From Rhodospirillales bacterium (GTDB lineage Bacteria > Pseudomonadota > Alphaproteobacteria > Bin95): 64,000 nucleotides of DNA. Numbering within the stretch: the stretch's first letter is position 1; the number at the start of each line of letters is the position of its first letter. The translations under genes and the position numbers were made by a program. Below are positions 63,561 through 64,000 of this stretch, piece by piece. The notes beneath the pieces are model-generated. The model ran no database searches and was not told the origin of the DNA. It saw only the letters and a program-made list of their open reading frames with translations. The DNA is taken from positions 2,464,894 through 2,528,893 of the forward strand of contig JAYQLI010000035.1 of the NCBI GenBank assembly GCA_038143065.1. The letters run 5' to 3'.

Positions 63561-64000
63561 TCAATAGCCGCCTCCATCTCCTCCGCCACCACCACTGTCA
63601 TTCCCTCCGCCACTATCATTGGACTCAGAGCTGACCCCGAATGTGGTCTCCGCAATTTCTGGCAAACCTCTCGTTGGCATTATGGATATTTGTTTGCCAT
63701 CAGTTTCGGCTGTAGAGCCAGCGCTAACTAAAGATGGTGAACCATTTGTAGGCATTACCTCCACTATTCCATCCAAAACTGAAACTAAAGTACTTCCGCT
63801 TGCATCTATGGACACGATGAAATCTGTCCCACGAACTCCAAGTACGGCAGAAGGTGTGCGAACTGCATAACTTTTGCTTGCCATTTTGCCGGTCACAAAG
63901 CGCATCAGACCGGTTGCAATATTTAGTGATAAATCGCCTGTGCTAGATTTTGAATTAAACGCAAAATTGTCAATTTTAACTTTGCCAAGAGATCCCACAA
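63561..64000 (-). CDS. FecR domain-containing protein (5' part outside window)
   Basis: G..RFVTG, VRTPSAVLGVRGTDF, V.DG.V; Gly-rich tail. Confidence 0.8.
   Translation of the reverse strand, partial: VGSLGKVKIDNFAFNSKSSTGDLSLNIATGLMRFVTGKMASKSYAVRTPSAVLGVRGTDFIVSIDASGSTLVSVLDGIVEVMPTNGSPSLVSAGSTAETDGKQISIMPTRGLPEIAETTFGVSSESNDSGGGNDSGGGGGDGGGY

Noticed and set aside
1-64000. CRISPR array, IS element, prophage, rRNA
   Set aside because: No regularly spaced repeats, transposase, integrase, phage or rRNA signatures noticed by eye; a repeat finder would be needed to exclude weak ones

Overview
Chromosomal segment of a moderately low-GC alphaproteobacterium, Rhodospirillales-like by gene order and content (inference). 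Housekeeping blocks are rpmH-rnpA-yidD-yidC-engB-argB, sahR-metF, mlaA-mlaC, selU, regB-regA, tRNA-Arg(ACG) and hpf. They are embedded in about 45 kb of paralog-rich catabolic genes with almost no local regulators. About 20 genes, including essential yidC, are broken by single-base indels, mostly in homopolymer runs. I read these as sequencing or assembly errors and report the reconstructed genes as CDS. Most notable observations: (1) a terephthalate-dioxygenase-like Rieske alpha/beta pair in a non-canonical operon with a beta-hydroxyacid dehydrogenase, acyl-CoA ligase, double MaoC hydratase, divergent TAXI-TRAP transporter and two hydrolases; (2) an 11 kb co-oriented cluster with a NicAB-like Mo-hydroxylase, flavin monooxygenase, amidohydrolase, Ltp2/DUF35 pair and SCP2-like/hydrolase module; (3) an anti-Shine-Dalgarno sRNA of the alpha-r8/MmgR (suhB) type; (4) a small integration scar at tRNA-Arg carrying a GC-rich Fe/2OG dioxygenase; (5) an amidase with a small coupled partner, preceded by the stump of a deleted peptide ABC ATPase. 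No CRISPR array, rRNA, transposase or phage gene was recognised. All family calls come from motif recognition, not database searches.
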